A DNA stretch of 64,000 nt from Raillietiella orientalis. Its lineage: Eukaryota. Under the pieces are notes generated by a model. It did not search any database. It saw only the letters and a list, made by a program, of their open reading frames with translations, and had not been told where the DNA came from. Location: the NCBI GenBank assembly GCA_036172245.1, contig JAYWIR010000004.1, positions 1,054,001-1,118,000 on the forward strand, in the 5' to 3' direction. The position numbers and the translations under genes were made by a program. Positions 14,401 to 25,290 of this stretch are shown one piece after another. Numbering within the stretch: position 1 is the first letter of the stretch; each line of letters begins with the position of its first letter.

Positions 14401-16861
14401 ATGCAGTCAGTAAATAAAATGGACTTAACCGCTGATTACCTTTTGTCCCTGTGTAATTTAGAAGATCGTGATTATTTGAGTGAGGAAGATGTCCAGGTTG
14501 GACCTTATCTAAAAGAAAAATAATCACAATCTCTATTTAGCATGTTTTAACCCAAAAATTCGGTGTCAATGCAGAGAAAATTCACAATCTGTTCATGAAG
14601 CTTGACAAACATGGAACAGGAAATGTTGCTGTTGATGATTTTGTGAAAGAATTTGGTAATGAAGTCAATATCTTTTATATCATTATCAGTTACTCATTGC
14701 TTGTATATGGGAAGTAGTAATTCCTTGAAATAAATTATGTGTTGAGCTTATGCTGTTTATTGAAAACAGGCAAGTCATAATCATTCTGCCTCCTAAGGAA
14801 ATGATTTGTTGCTGGACAGAGATGTGGTTCAGTTTGTTGAACAAGAAAGGCATTTCTATGATTTACTGGAACAGTTGGGGGCAAATGAGACAGAAATCTC
14901 CGAAGCTTTACATGCATTGTGGCTCAATTTGTCACAAACAGATACTCACTCATTATTCCATCTGGAACGGTTTCTGGAAAACATGGTTGAAAAATTTCAG
15001 CAGCAAGAAAAGGAACAGCAGAGGCTTCAAATGTCACTATCTTCGCAAGAAGAAATAATGCGAAGAAGAATGTCTTCCTTGAATGAAGAGCTAGAAAGTC
15101 AAATTCAACAGGAAAAACAGCGAGTAGCCTTAAAGGTTTGCCGCTGAATAATGTAACTGGATGTTATAGAATATTTGTTTAGGAGCAACAGAAGGCACTT
15201 TGCATGAAAGAAGAACTAGAATTGCAACTGCAACAAAAAGATCAGCAAATTCAACGCTTGTTAGATGAGAAGCAAAAGAATGAAAACTGTATTCAGCAGT
15301 TGATCAAAAAAGAATCTGCAAATGAAAGTAAAATCCAATTTCTTGATTCCCAGAAAGTAAGTGATTTATCAAAAAATGCAGGCCATTGGTTTCTGTAGTC
15401 ACAATTAGCAGAAGAGATGGATCATGCAAAAGACAGAATTCAGGAGCTTGAAATCTCTCTTGAAAAAACACAGAAGAATTTCGAACAACAAAAGAAAGAA
15501 CGAGCCAGGTCTGCGTTATTGGCTTGTGAGGGTGCTGCAAAGGAATGGGAAGGTATGCATTGTGCTGTCTTTCTATCTCATCAATTCTGTCAGTGCTTGT
15601 CAGGCAATTAGAGTCATTGAAAAGTATTAATCAGAAGCTTCAGGATCAACAAGATGAAATGCAAGAAAAACTATCGCCCAGGAAATGCGATTCACTCCAT
15701 CAGCATTGGCATTCATCATGGTATGTTAAATTTTGTTGCAAAATGTGTTGCATTTTATTCATTTAGTACAGCCACCACAGTAATGCCAAATATGTCTTCC
15801 AGTTTAACAGATGAAAATACTGTTGCTGTCCCAGCACTGGTATGTGCTGATGTGTTAGATGAGAAATCTGTTATTGGTGTTTATAGGTGCAATCCAGAAC
15901 TGAATCTTCGTTGGAAAGTGAACCAGCAAATAAACGTCCATTTCCTTTCATTCCCCCGTTAGCTCTGGCTAGCACTAGAGGTGATAGCAGTGACTTCTCC
16001 TCATTTGACGAAAGAGATGAGTTCTTCGAACCACAAAGTAGTTTGAATTGCAATAGTCTTGCAACCATCCAGCTGCCAGCTGTTCAAACTAGTCACCAGA
16101 AAGCAAAGAAAATTTCTAGTGTCCCTGAGAGATTATTTAAAATTTTATTTCTTGGGGACTCAGGGGTTGGCAAAAGTTGTTTGTTGTATAGGTAACATTC
16201 TGCGATGCAGAATTTTGTAATTGAATTTGCTTTCCAGATTCTGTGATCAGGAATTTCCTGATCTGGGTATCAAATCCACAGTCGGAATGGATGTGCAAGT
16301 GCATCAGGTAGAAATAGATGGCCATACCACTTGTCTGCAGTTTTGGGACACTGCAGGTCAAGAACGCTTCCGCAGCATCACACAGCAATACTTTCGAAGA
16401 GTTGACGGAGTCTTCATTGTATTTGATCTGACAGATGAATCAACTTTCCGCAGTTCAAGGCATTGGATGAACTGCATCAAAGTAATAAGTTAAACTTACA
16501 ATGATAAACAATAACTTCATTGACAGGAACAAGCTCCCAAAGCTGTTGTTATGCTTGTAGGAAATAAGCTGGATCTGGTTCGTACTGCCCGTTTTGTGCT
16601 CAAACAAGAAGTAGGAACACATCTTGCAGAGGTGATGTTTTTGAGATTATTTCCCGACTTCCGTAACTACTTTATTTCTTACAGGTGGAAGGAGCTTTGT
16701 ATGCCGAAACAAGTGCCAAAACTGGGGAAGGTGTGAAACATGCCTTGAGAGATTTTGTGTGTGCCTTATGGAGCTGGCAAGATAAAGAACTCGAAACTGG
16801 AAGTGTAATTCAGCTACAGTCTCCACCTTTCACTCCCTATTACAACTGCTGTAAATCCTGA
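14401..16861 (+). CDS. RASEF: large Rab GTPase with EF-hand and coiled coil (RASEF/Rab45; Rab44/Rab46-like family)
   Basis: Exons 14401-14496, 14541-14655, 14798-15135, 15183-15356, 15399-15552, 15594-15720, 15767-15839, 15887-16191, 16238-16481, 16527-16631, 16685-16861. EF-hand DKHGTGNVAVDDF, long E/Q-rich coiled coil, G-boxes GDSGVGKS, WDTAGQERFRSIT, NKLD, ETSAK, C-terminal CCKS prenylation motif. Start could be ATG 14401 or 14419. Exact orthology within the large Rabs is uncertain. Confidence 0.85.
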
Positions 16862-18526
16862 CAGCTATATGCATCCAGACAAAATGCTTAAGAAACATAA
16901 TGTGGTGCCCAAATATACAAGTTTTTAACGAAAAAGAGAATTACTTTGCTTTACAGTCGTAGCAGGTTGTTTGTATCAACGCTAATGTGAATAATTTATT
17001 GTGGCATACGTCCATGTAAAACCAAGCAGTTTAAAATACTGAAGACCTTCCATTCGTTCCATAAACCAGCTCATCAGTTCCTATTGTATAAATGGAAGCA
17101 TTGGATTTTTAAGCACGTAGACTAATGACAAAAGGTGGACAACGATTACAAAAGACAAGAGGGTGAGTCGACTGGAATATCGGTGAACTTTGTTAACGAC
17201 CGAAAGGGAAAACCTGTGCATAAGGGATGCTAGATACCATCATTAGGGAGGCATGGATTGCTTTTTCAGCATTCAGCCGTTTACTCCATATAAACGTGGG
17301 TTGGCCGAAAGTATTTCGCTGCTTTTCGAAAAGAAAAAAATGGTACTGCAATGAGCCTTTCTCATCGGCATGTAATTTCTCATGATCATCAGATTTGGAA
17401 TGATTGCCAGTGAAGGATGATTTTCGACAACCTTGTCGACAAGGTGGAATGCCTTACGATCCAAGGTGCACACACACAACGTGTATCCATAGGTTCCACG
17501 CAAACGGACGTGTTTAGGTCTTGGAAGTAGCGAACAACCAAACAAGATGCATACATTTTCCGGGGTGTGCAGTGAAACCATCGAGTGGTCCACTGCTCCT
17601 ACTGAAACCATCCTATATGTGGGTCGTAAGGACGAGAAAAGGTCTTGGCTGCAAAGATGGTGTTGGAAAGACCTTTCTTTCCCATCTGTTTCGACCTTGC
17701 CTGTTGAGTACCGGCTGGTGAATCGGAAACCGAAGAGTCCTGCAATTTCTATGCACTAAGCCAAAGCTTATCACGGTACTTCCGCGACTCGTAGAATACG
17801 CGAGACCAACACACGAAAACAATTCGCGGTGAGCCCCACCAGTTGAATCACACTTTGAATATAACGACAACTCGAAGACCACTCGAAAATCAGACTGCAG
17901 ATCTGAAGGGGAGAGAGCAATGGCGACCACTTTTGTACACTAATGAACCCGTATTTCTTGCGGGAACCAGTCTGGAGGGTAGTCGTAGCTGCTTTCCTCG
18001 TTTTCATTTTTCCAGTGCATGACCACAGGCAGTCGGCAGAAGTTTGCACTGCTATACAAAAAGTTTCTGACTTGTTGTGGCATCCTGACTTGCCTTCAGA
18101 TGAAGTTAACTCTCACAAGTGTTTCTTCTCTCTTTAACGGCTTCGAGCACGAAATGGACGTGTCGATGTTGTTTATCCCAACGGAACGGGCATTCCAGAA
18201 GAAAAAGACGTGTTTCAGTAGGGCACCCTTACGTAAGCGATGACCACCCTGAAAATTGCCTTGTCAGATGGCAAACGTGGACACGATATGTGCATCGGAG
18301 AGTCGGAATTCGTCGTAGAATAATGGGAACGCTGCTGAGAGAATGTTTTCCGATTCTCGATGGTAATTTAGGAAAACTCGCAAGGGGTCAGTGCGTTTCT
18401 AAAGATTCTGAAACTTCTGTTTCCCTTCCAATGCAGTTGTCTTGGAAAGAGTCCTTTGCTCTTACCTACTTCTGGGCTCGTGAGCTCCTAGGCACTAGGA
18501 GGTCTTCTAGGAGATTGAAATTAGCT
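15912..18526 (+). repeat. segmental duplication copy 1 (about 2.6 kb; direct repeat of 38635-41247)
   Basis: Colinear match at offset 22721-22723, from TGGAAAGTGAACCAGC to GAGATTGAAATTAGCT. Confidence 0.97.
17300..18526 (-). mobile_element. decayed LINE fragment (APE endonuclease-like), also present at about 40020-41247
   Basis: Minus-frame RSFQHHLCSQDLFSSL...AVDHSMVSL resembles the SRID...SDH end of the LINE endonuclease. Many stops. Confidence 0.35.
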
Positions 18527-18859
18527 TTTATATATCATCAGGTTTTATACTGAAGAATGGCCATTTCTCACTTTTTGGCTGTCTTTGTTCAAAGAGTATT
18601 TGTGATGTTGATAGTATTAGTCAGTGTATCTTTTGTGACTCTGGTTGAGCGTAAGGTTTTGGGAAGAGTTCAATGACGCGAGAGGCCAGATAAGGTAGGA
18701 GTTGGTATTTTTCAGCCTCTTGTTGACGGTTTAAAGTTATTAAACAAGGAGTATTATGGTTTGATAGATAGAAATAAAGTAGGTTATAAGCTGGGTCCAT
18801 TAATTATGGTGTCAGTGATGGTGGGAATATGAGTGATTTATCCTAGCCTTTACTGATAG
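18527..18859 (+). pseudogene. nad1: nuclear mitochondrial DNA insertion (NUMT): 5' part of nad1
   Basis: From 18557, under the invertebrate mitochondrial code (TGA=W, AGA=S, ATA=M): MAISHFLAVFVQSVFVMLMVLVSVSFVTLVERKVLGSVQWRESPDKVGVGIFQPLVDGLKLLNKE...GMWVIYP. This matches the ND1 signature ERKvLG..Q.R.GP.KVG..G..QP..D..KL..KE. Abrupt G+T-rich composition, no introns. Confidence 0.93.
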
Positions 18860-18899
18860 GTCACAGCTACACATCATTCGTTTTCATTCATATACTCTT

Positions 18900-21800
18900 C
18901 CTATTGTTCTTTCGGATCGCTTGCTACCTCTGCATCGTTCTGCATCTCAGCGTTCCTCGGTTACATCACTCTATCGTGTGATTCACCATGTTTATATCAT
19001 CTGTAATCATGCCTTTTCGGAAGGTTATAAAAAGAAGAGTACCCTAGGTGATAAGCGTGTCAGAGGGGAAAACTGTGCGAATCCTGAAATGACTTCATGG
19101 TTTCCGATGGTACTGTTTTCGAGGATAGCCCCATAGTACGAACATAACATGCCTTCATGAGAGAAGTTGGCATATGAAATAATGTTAGCATCGGTGGCTT
19201 TCCAAACATTGCAGGCATGGCAGGGATGCAAAGGAACAGAAGGAAAATACTGAAACCGCGTTCTCTCTCTCTCACTCTCCAGAACACAGGCACCAGTTCT
19301 TACGGCTAAGATCAGGTCATTGGAAATACTAGGATGTTAAGAGCGATGGTGTCCTTCAACCAGCGGTAATTTCTAGACAATATGCGAAGTCGATCTGTAA
19401 GATGGTGGTGTTTTTCAACATCCAGCACACTCGGGACATCTATCTACTGACTGGACTCATCGCCTAGGGCATCCTGTAAGCGACCAAGTGTAGCTCTATG
19501 TAAACACTTTGAGACGACACACCTCGCTCACAACACGGAAATTCAACCAAACAGACTGGGCGCAGCGCCGAAAACTTACTGCACTAAACCCAAAGCTGCA
19601 GGTGAGAGCCCCCTGTCAAGCATCGTCTTCTCCTCACACTTCACCATCTATCTCTTACCAGTCCTCCATTTACGGAAACCAAAAAGGTTGAGAGCGGTGC
19701 AAACTGGAAAATCCCTTCCTTGTACTCCTTTACGGCATTCCAAGCATTGCAACAGACACGATTGCTGTCTCCAAGGGACATTAGAACGGCATCGATTTTA
19801 TGACTCCAAACAAGAATTCTGATCGCTCGACCAGTATTGGGAGCTTTTTGCTGGGAGTGGAAGCAATCATCAGATTTCCTGAGGTGCTAAGCATCGGTGT
19901 GGCAACTGATAGCATAATATCCTAGAACAGTATTTTTCTGGATTATGTGGTCCAAGAATGCTAAAGCGGTTTTAGATGTCGACGCGAAGCTGCATACTCC
20001 ACAGACAGATTGTCAGTCCTTGTCTGTTAGCTGTTTTCTGACTGGAAGAAACTCTCAGAATTATCTACCTTTGAGACACGATATGAAACTTTACATGAAG
20101 TCAAGCGACAGTTCACAAAGAGCTGTCATATGGTCAGAGTGGGCTGCGTGTTTACACTTGCAGGTGAGCGTGGATGTCATGAATGTTGACAAAGAAGAAA
20201 ATACAAACCAAAGAGGAAAAACACTAGACAAAAACAAAATGGAACTGAAATTTAGATCATTTCTTTCCTTTGTCAGCAGAGAAAGAAGCGGTCCATTAAT
20301 CTGCAAAGTCGCTGTGATGTGCAGATTTCATCCAGAGTCAAGTTACCTGGGACGAAACGGGTGCATGAATGCCTCCTGGAGTTTTTCATCGCTGTGAAGA
20401 ACTGGATCAAAGAAAGATGAATGTATATAATCTGACCATGATTTTCCTCATTCGAGAATCAACTGTCTCTAATTTCTGCGTGTCGTTCGAAGTACGAACA
20501 TGGATACATCCATGTTCACGTTGATGATTCTGTCAGAGTTCGGGACTCTGAAAGTTCCATATGATCGGTGGAGACGGAGTGCCTTCCGTATGTTCGTACC
20601 TCCTCGTTTTGCCTTGTCGAATCCTACATTTCTGTAGGATTCGACAACGAGATGAGTCCACTCTCTACCATCAGTTCTCTCTTGCTACCTTTTCTCCCGC
20701 CTGCGATTGGGAAAACATACTGTAGAACATGGCCAACAACTGACTTGGCTTTTCGTTCTGCTCTGCTCTTCATTGAGCAGTCGCGCAGAGATCGTAGGGG
20801 AATGTTTTGAAGCAGCAGAGGATGCGCGAGCGCAGATCATTGAGGAGCTGCGGCAGTGGAACGAGGATAGCTGGAACAACGTAACCAAGTGTGCAGGGTT
20901 CTTTGGATTCCTCATTACTCTGAGGGGTCACTGACACTCTCTAGACTCACTGAGGAGGGTTCGTGGATTCCAGTTATCTCAGAAAAAAGCATCAATAGTG
21001 GCGAATAAAAAGAGAAAGAAGTCTCTTCTTTTTTTCTCTTCTTCCTAAAAAAATGAAGCATTTTTGTGTTCATGACTAATTCACGGACATTCAATTCCGT
21101 TTTCAAGGAATCCAAGACGTCCTCTCAGTTTTCTCGTTCTCTCCAAAAAGGCGACAACTTGGAGGCGTTTTCTCAAACAGGAAGGCGAATGGCAACAGAT
21201 GAACGGGATGTCCAGTACAGCCCAAATTTTCCCGTGAGGACGCTGTAGGCGGTTGCTTCAATATCTCGGAATTCAGCAGAGATCGATCCCGATGGAGGTC
21301 ACTTTTGGTAGTGGAAGGGTGGCTGCAGGCATCACCTACAGAAGAGGATTTGGGGAACGGAACAATCGAAGGAAAGGAGAATAAGGCATAGCGGTGATGC
21401 AAAGTAACTGGGTGGCAGGAAGGCAAGTGTCGGGTCAAATTCATGTAGAATAGACGTTTGAAAAACAAGTACCAAAAGCTACATCGTCACGTTCTTCGCT
21501 CATGAGAGAAAACAAACCGATCGAGCCCACGCACTGCTAAACTCAAAGCAGCATCGGTTGCTGCCACTTTCAGTAAAGAGTGCATACTTTCTCTCAGGTT
21601 AAGGGATTACAGATTTATTCATGAGTTACGAATCAGTCTCTTCACTTGTGTGGGTATCGCGCATCACCAAGTCGCTAACAGCTCGGGCAGGGGGTGCGGA
21701 GTATGGCAGGAAGAATTGCTGGGTCACGTCGACCGACGCGTTATCAAGGATCACAGTGTGTCATGCAGAATTGATGATCCAGGTCATGAGGGTTTCTTTG

Positions 21801-24690
21801 AAACACCGAGAGACGGCAGCTGACAACCCTAACCAGACTATTTTCAAGTCTCTCTCCTTTATGAGCATTCATTACAGCACCGAAAAAGAAACGACAAATG
21901 ATTTTTCACCTGTTCACGCCGAGGAGCTGATTGTACAAATAAATTTTAACGATAAAACAGTCAAATGAAGTTTCCTTTCCGTTGCAGGAGTGCAGTCTTC
22001 CTAACTGGAGAAGTCTCGGAGGATATCGAAGCAGTCACCGGAAGAGGTGCGCGCAGGGAAAGTAAGGGAAAGGGAGATTAAGATTGAACACAAAAATGTT
22101 TTAACATATTTGGGTGGTAAGGAAAGGGACCACAAAGTGCTCCCTGGTGGCCCCTGCACTCTCTCAAGGATGCCGTCAAGTTCCTCCTGGTTGTGTCTCA
22201 GATGCAGCCATACCTCCACAATCCTTAGGAATGAAGATACGAAAGAGAAGTCATTTTCTTCGCATTGAGATGGTCGCAACTGGGGAGAGTCACCATCGAG
22301 GACCGGCTCTCCGCTTCGCCTGCGAAGGAGTTCCTGAGATCGTTAGAATCATCTCCATGGAATCTCTGGAATTCAATGAGCCATGAAGCAAGGAGAGCTC
22401 TGAAGGTTGCGTGCCGGCACATCCACTATCAAGTGGCGTATATTGGGAGCAACGGATTCACTGCCCATCATGAGAGCACTGTCAATAATCGTAGCTTCGT
22501 TGTGAGGACGAGTCGAAGACAGCAGACGGAGATGATGGTGAAAGTTTCAACTTTTCTGTGATGGGCTGACTCTCTTAACGTGTACGCGGTCGACGAAAAA
22601 GTAAACACAATCCTGAGGGGAAGGTTATTTCCTTTTTGATGGTGTCCTGCTGACATCCTTGGAAGTTTGGGCATGTCGCTGAGTCTCTCGTAATTACAGT
22701 GCTGACGACTCATCCTATGTTTTCCAGAAAGCAGGGAGTCCCTCACACCGATGAAGCATGCGAAGATAGAGTAAGAGCGTCGGCTAGCTTCCGTTACGGA
22801 TGCTGCCGATTCAAGAAGGATTCTTCTACGAAAAGTTCTGAAAAGATTTACAAAACGGATTTGTCTTGTGAGAGCTCGGAGCGCCCACCACGAGAGATTG
22901 GCTCATCACCCCTTCCTCTGAAGAAGGTGCTTTCTTGGTTCAAAGGATCTGCTGCTGCTGTTCTGCAGACCTTCTTTCCTATTTCCGGGGGGGGTGCTCA
23001 TTCTGGGGCTCACCATTATGGCAAATGGCGTTGTTTTAACTCCAATTGCCTTCCACTATCAATCCCCTTGTGTTCCTCCTTCGTATTCTCCCATCTTGAG
23101 ATTTCTTGCATCCTACAATTGAAACTAATGTGGAGCAGTTTTGAAAATGTGGAGCATCCTACAATTGAAACTAATGTGGGCAGCGTTTCTTTAAAAATAC
23201 TTTCTAGCCTCGAATCCCTTCTTTCCCTCCTTTTACTCTTTCGTCAAATAATGTACAGCACGAGAAGGAAACGGCAAAATCTGTGGAGCATTCCTCCTGA
23301 GATTCTCCTTCACGTCTTTCCAAAACTTGTCGGTGGGCTTCCATGTTGCCATATATGGTGCGCAACTGCAGATGAGTCGAATCATCAGGAGCTGAATCTG
23401 TCGTTGATTTCCACTTTTGAATTATTTTATCAAAGAGTAGCCTTCTTTGGCACAAGTCCAGCTGCTCAGTACTGTAGAATGTTGGGATCCGTTCTCCAAA
23501 TTTCTTGGAAAATAGCTTTATGGATGCGAGAACCGTCCAGGTGATGATCGTACCATTGAAGAACAATGCAGACTGGAAAGACATGACAACAGGCCTTTCG
23601 TGTCTGCCCTCAGATGAAGAACGTGAGAATTCAGGACAAAGTGATGGAGTCAATAGATGACCGTGTGAACAGGTGAAGAAGCAGTTTGATAAGCTTTCCA
23701 GGGAGCTTCTTTCCCATTAATCTTTTTTCTTTCGAGTTTTGCTGTGTGAAAATCTGCAGCCTGTGATTCAGTGAATTCAGCTTCCGAGTTTAGTCTCAAT
23801 GCACTCATTCGCTGCTTTTTTGCATCTTTAGCGCGGCCTCTGATTTTATCTCAGCGGTACTTCGAAGATTTCACATCGTTTTGCGATAGGATTTGGAAAA
23901 AACTGACAAGGCTTAGCGTCACTCGCTCCCAAGTAGGAAGGATTCCCTTTCCTGACTTACAAACGTGCTCCAGACCTAGGATATACAAAAGCTTCGTGAA
24001 CGTGAAAAGAGTTGAGATCCAATGGCGCAGGAAAAATCGAACAGGAAGCATCGAACCAACCACATATAAGAGAAACCGTTTTCGGGAATCGCTTCTCGGC
24101 TCGCGTCGGAGGTCACGTGACTGCTGAGGTCTGAGCGCCTGACACCAGGCGTCGCGGGCTGGAATACTCCGAAAGGACCGACTCCGAGAAATGGGTGCAG
24201 CGTATTTTGCAGTTCCCCCTGCAAAATACGCTGGTTGGCCTCTATTCGGGTGCGGCACTGGTAGTGCTTCAAGCCGGATGCCCCTGATGAGTGGCCAGGA
24301 TTGGGAGTTGACCCTTCAGGTTCTTCCAAAAAACAGAATCAAGGAGTCCGGTTCCCTTCTGGGTTCCCATCCGGTTGTGCAAAGGAGCTGTCTCCTCCCC
24401 CTTTCCCCCTTCGGGGATGGACACTCCGTCTCGGTTCATGGATCTGGTGGATTGATGATGCCTCCCCAGAGTGGAAAGAAGCGCGCTGCTCCCTTCGAGA
24501 AGCACCCTTCAGAGAAAATTCGGAAGCGTCGCTTCCGGGTTCTCTTCAGAGGAGTAACAAGGAGCGGTTCCCTTGCGGGTTCCCTTCGGAGAGGAAAAAA
24601 TGGAACAGTCCCCTTCGGGGGTCGTTCCTGAAAAAATAAGGTAATGATTCCCTTCAGTGTTCCTTTCAGAGCCTACCAAGGTGAATTCTC
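18900..24690 (-). mobile_element. heavily decayed, near full-length L1/Tx1-like LINE (5'UTR about 24690-23900, ORF1/ORF2 remnants, CCHC finger near 19150-19230)
   Basis: Structured GAAGGG-rich leader shared with 49300-49912. ORF remnant at 23204-23653. PCLQCLESHRC*HYFIC is a CCHC-like motif near the 3' end. RT motifs are barely recognisable. Confidence 0.4.
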
Positions 24691-25290
24691 ACCCGGGTAC
24701 GCCGAAGCGTTTATTTTAATAAAAATAAACATCCACAAAAGATTGTGGTTGGACTGGTAGTCCAGCCACGTGCATTTTACCGAGATTCTGTCGGGTTACC
24801 GACTCGCAGGCCGGTCGGGTTCGCCACAGCAGCAGTGGTGAGGGGGAAAACAAAAAGAAAAGGAAACAAAAATAAATACACTTTGAGGAGATACGGGAAG
24901 GCATAATGTCCTGTTGGATGTGGTCCTTTGCACCCTTCGGAGGATGCGGGCTCTTGCTGCATAGGGTCCTTCAGATGGGACCATCCAGTTACCATCCTCA
25001 TGAATCGGACAGGGAAGTAAATGACATTCCTTTCTCTGTATCCTCCTCTTGTCTCGCTCCAGGCAGCGACGATCCCGCGTAGGCAGCAGAAAGCTGCTAG
25101 CGAGGCTGCTGGCCGAAGTGCGTCGCGAATAAGCAGGTTTGCAAAGCGTCCTATGGTTGCCGCCGTGGGTTCCTAGAGTCGTGGAAAAGCACTTTCAGAG
25201 GAAACGGTGGGTAACACAATCCACAAGCAGGTGCGGGAGGGATTAGCGCTCCCGCACCTGACACAGTTCGCGTCCACACAGCCGTGATGC
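24690..25290 (-). mobile_element. 3' end of a Tx1-like LINE (CCHC zinc finger plus 3'UTR), inverted relative to the neighbouring copy
   Basis: Minus strand reads DANCVRCG../LPHLLVDC (frameshifted), homologous to PNCLRCGVIESLPHLLLDC at about 28160-28215. It continues into a pyrimidine tract, hairpins and AATAAACG (24715-24708). Confidence 0.75.

Noticed and set aside
18680..18700. AGG at the conserved Gly of ND1 R-x-G-P as evidence for the ascidian code (AGR=Gly)
   Set aside because: AGA falls at a conserved Ser position (..SN..). A single G-to-A change after nuclear insertion is simpler.
22699..23544. 281-aa plus-strand ORF
   Set aside because: No recognisable domain; antisense to a LINE remnant and crosses a local tandem duplication.
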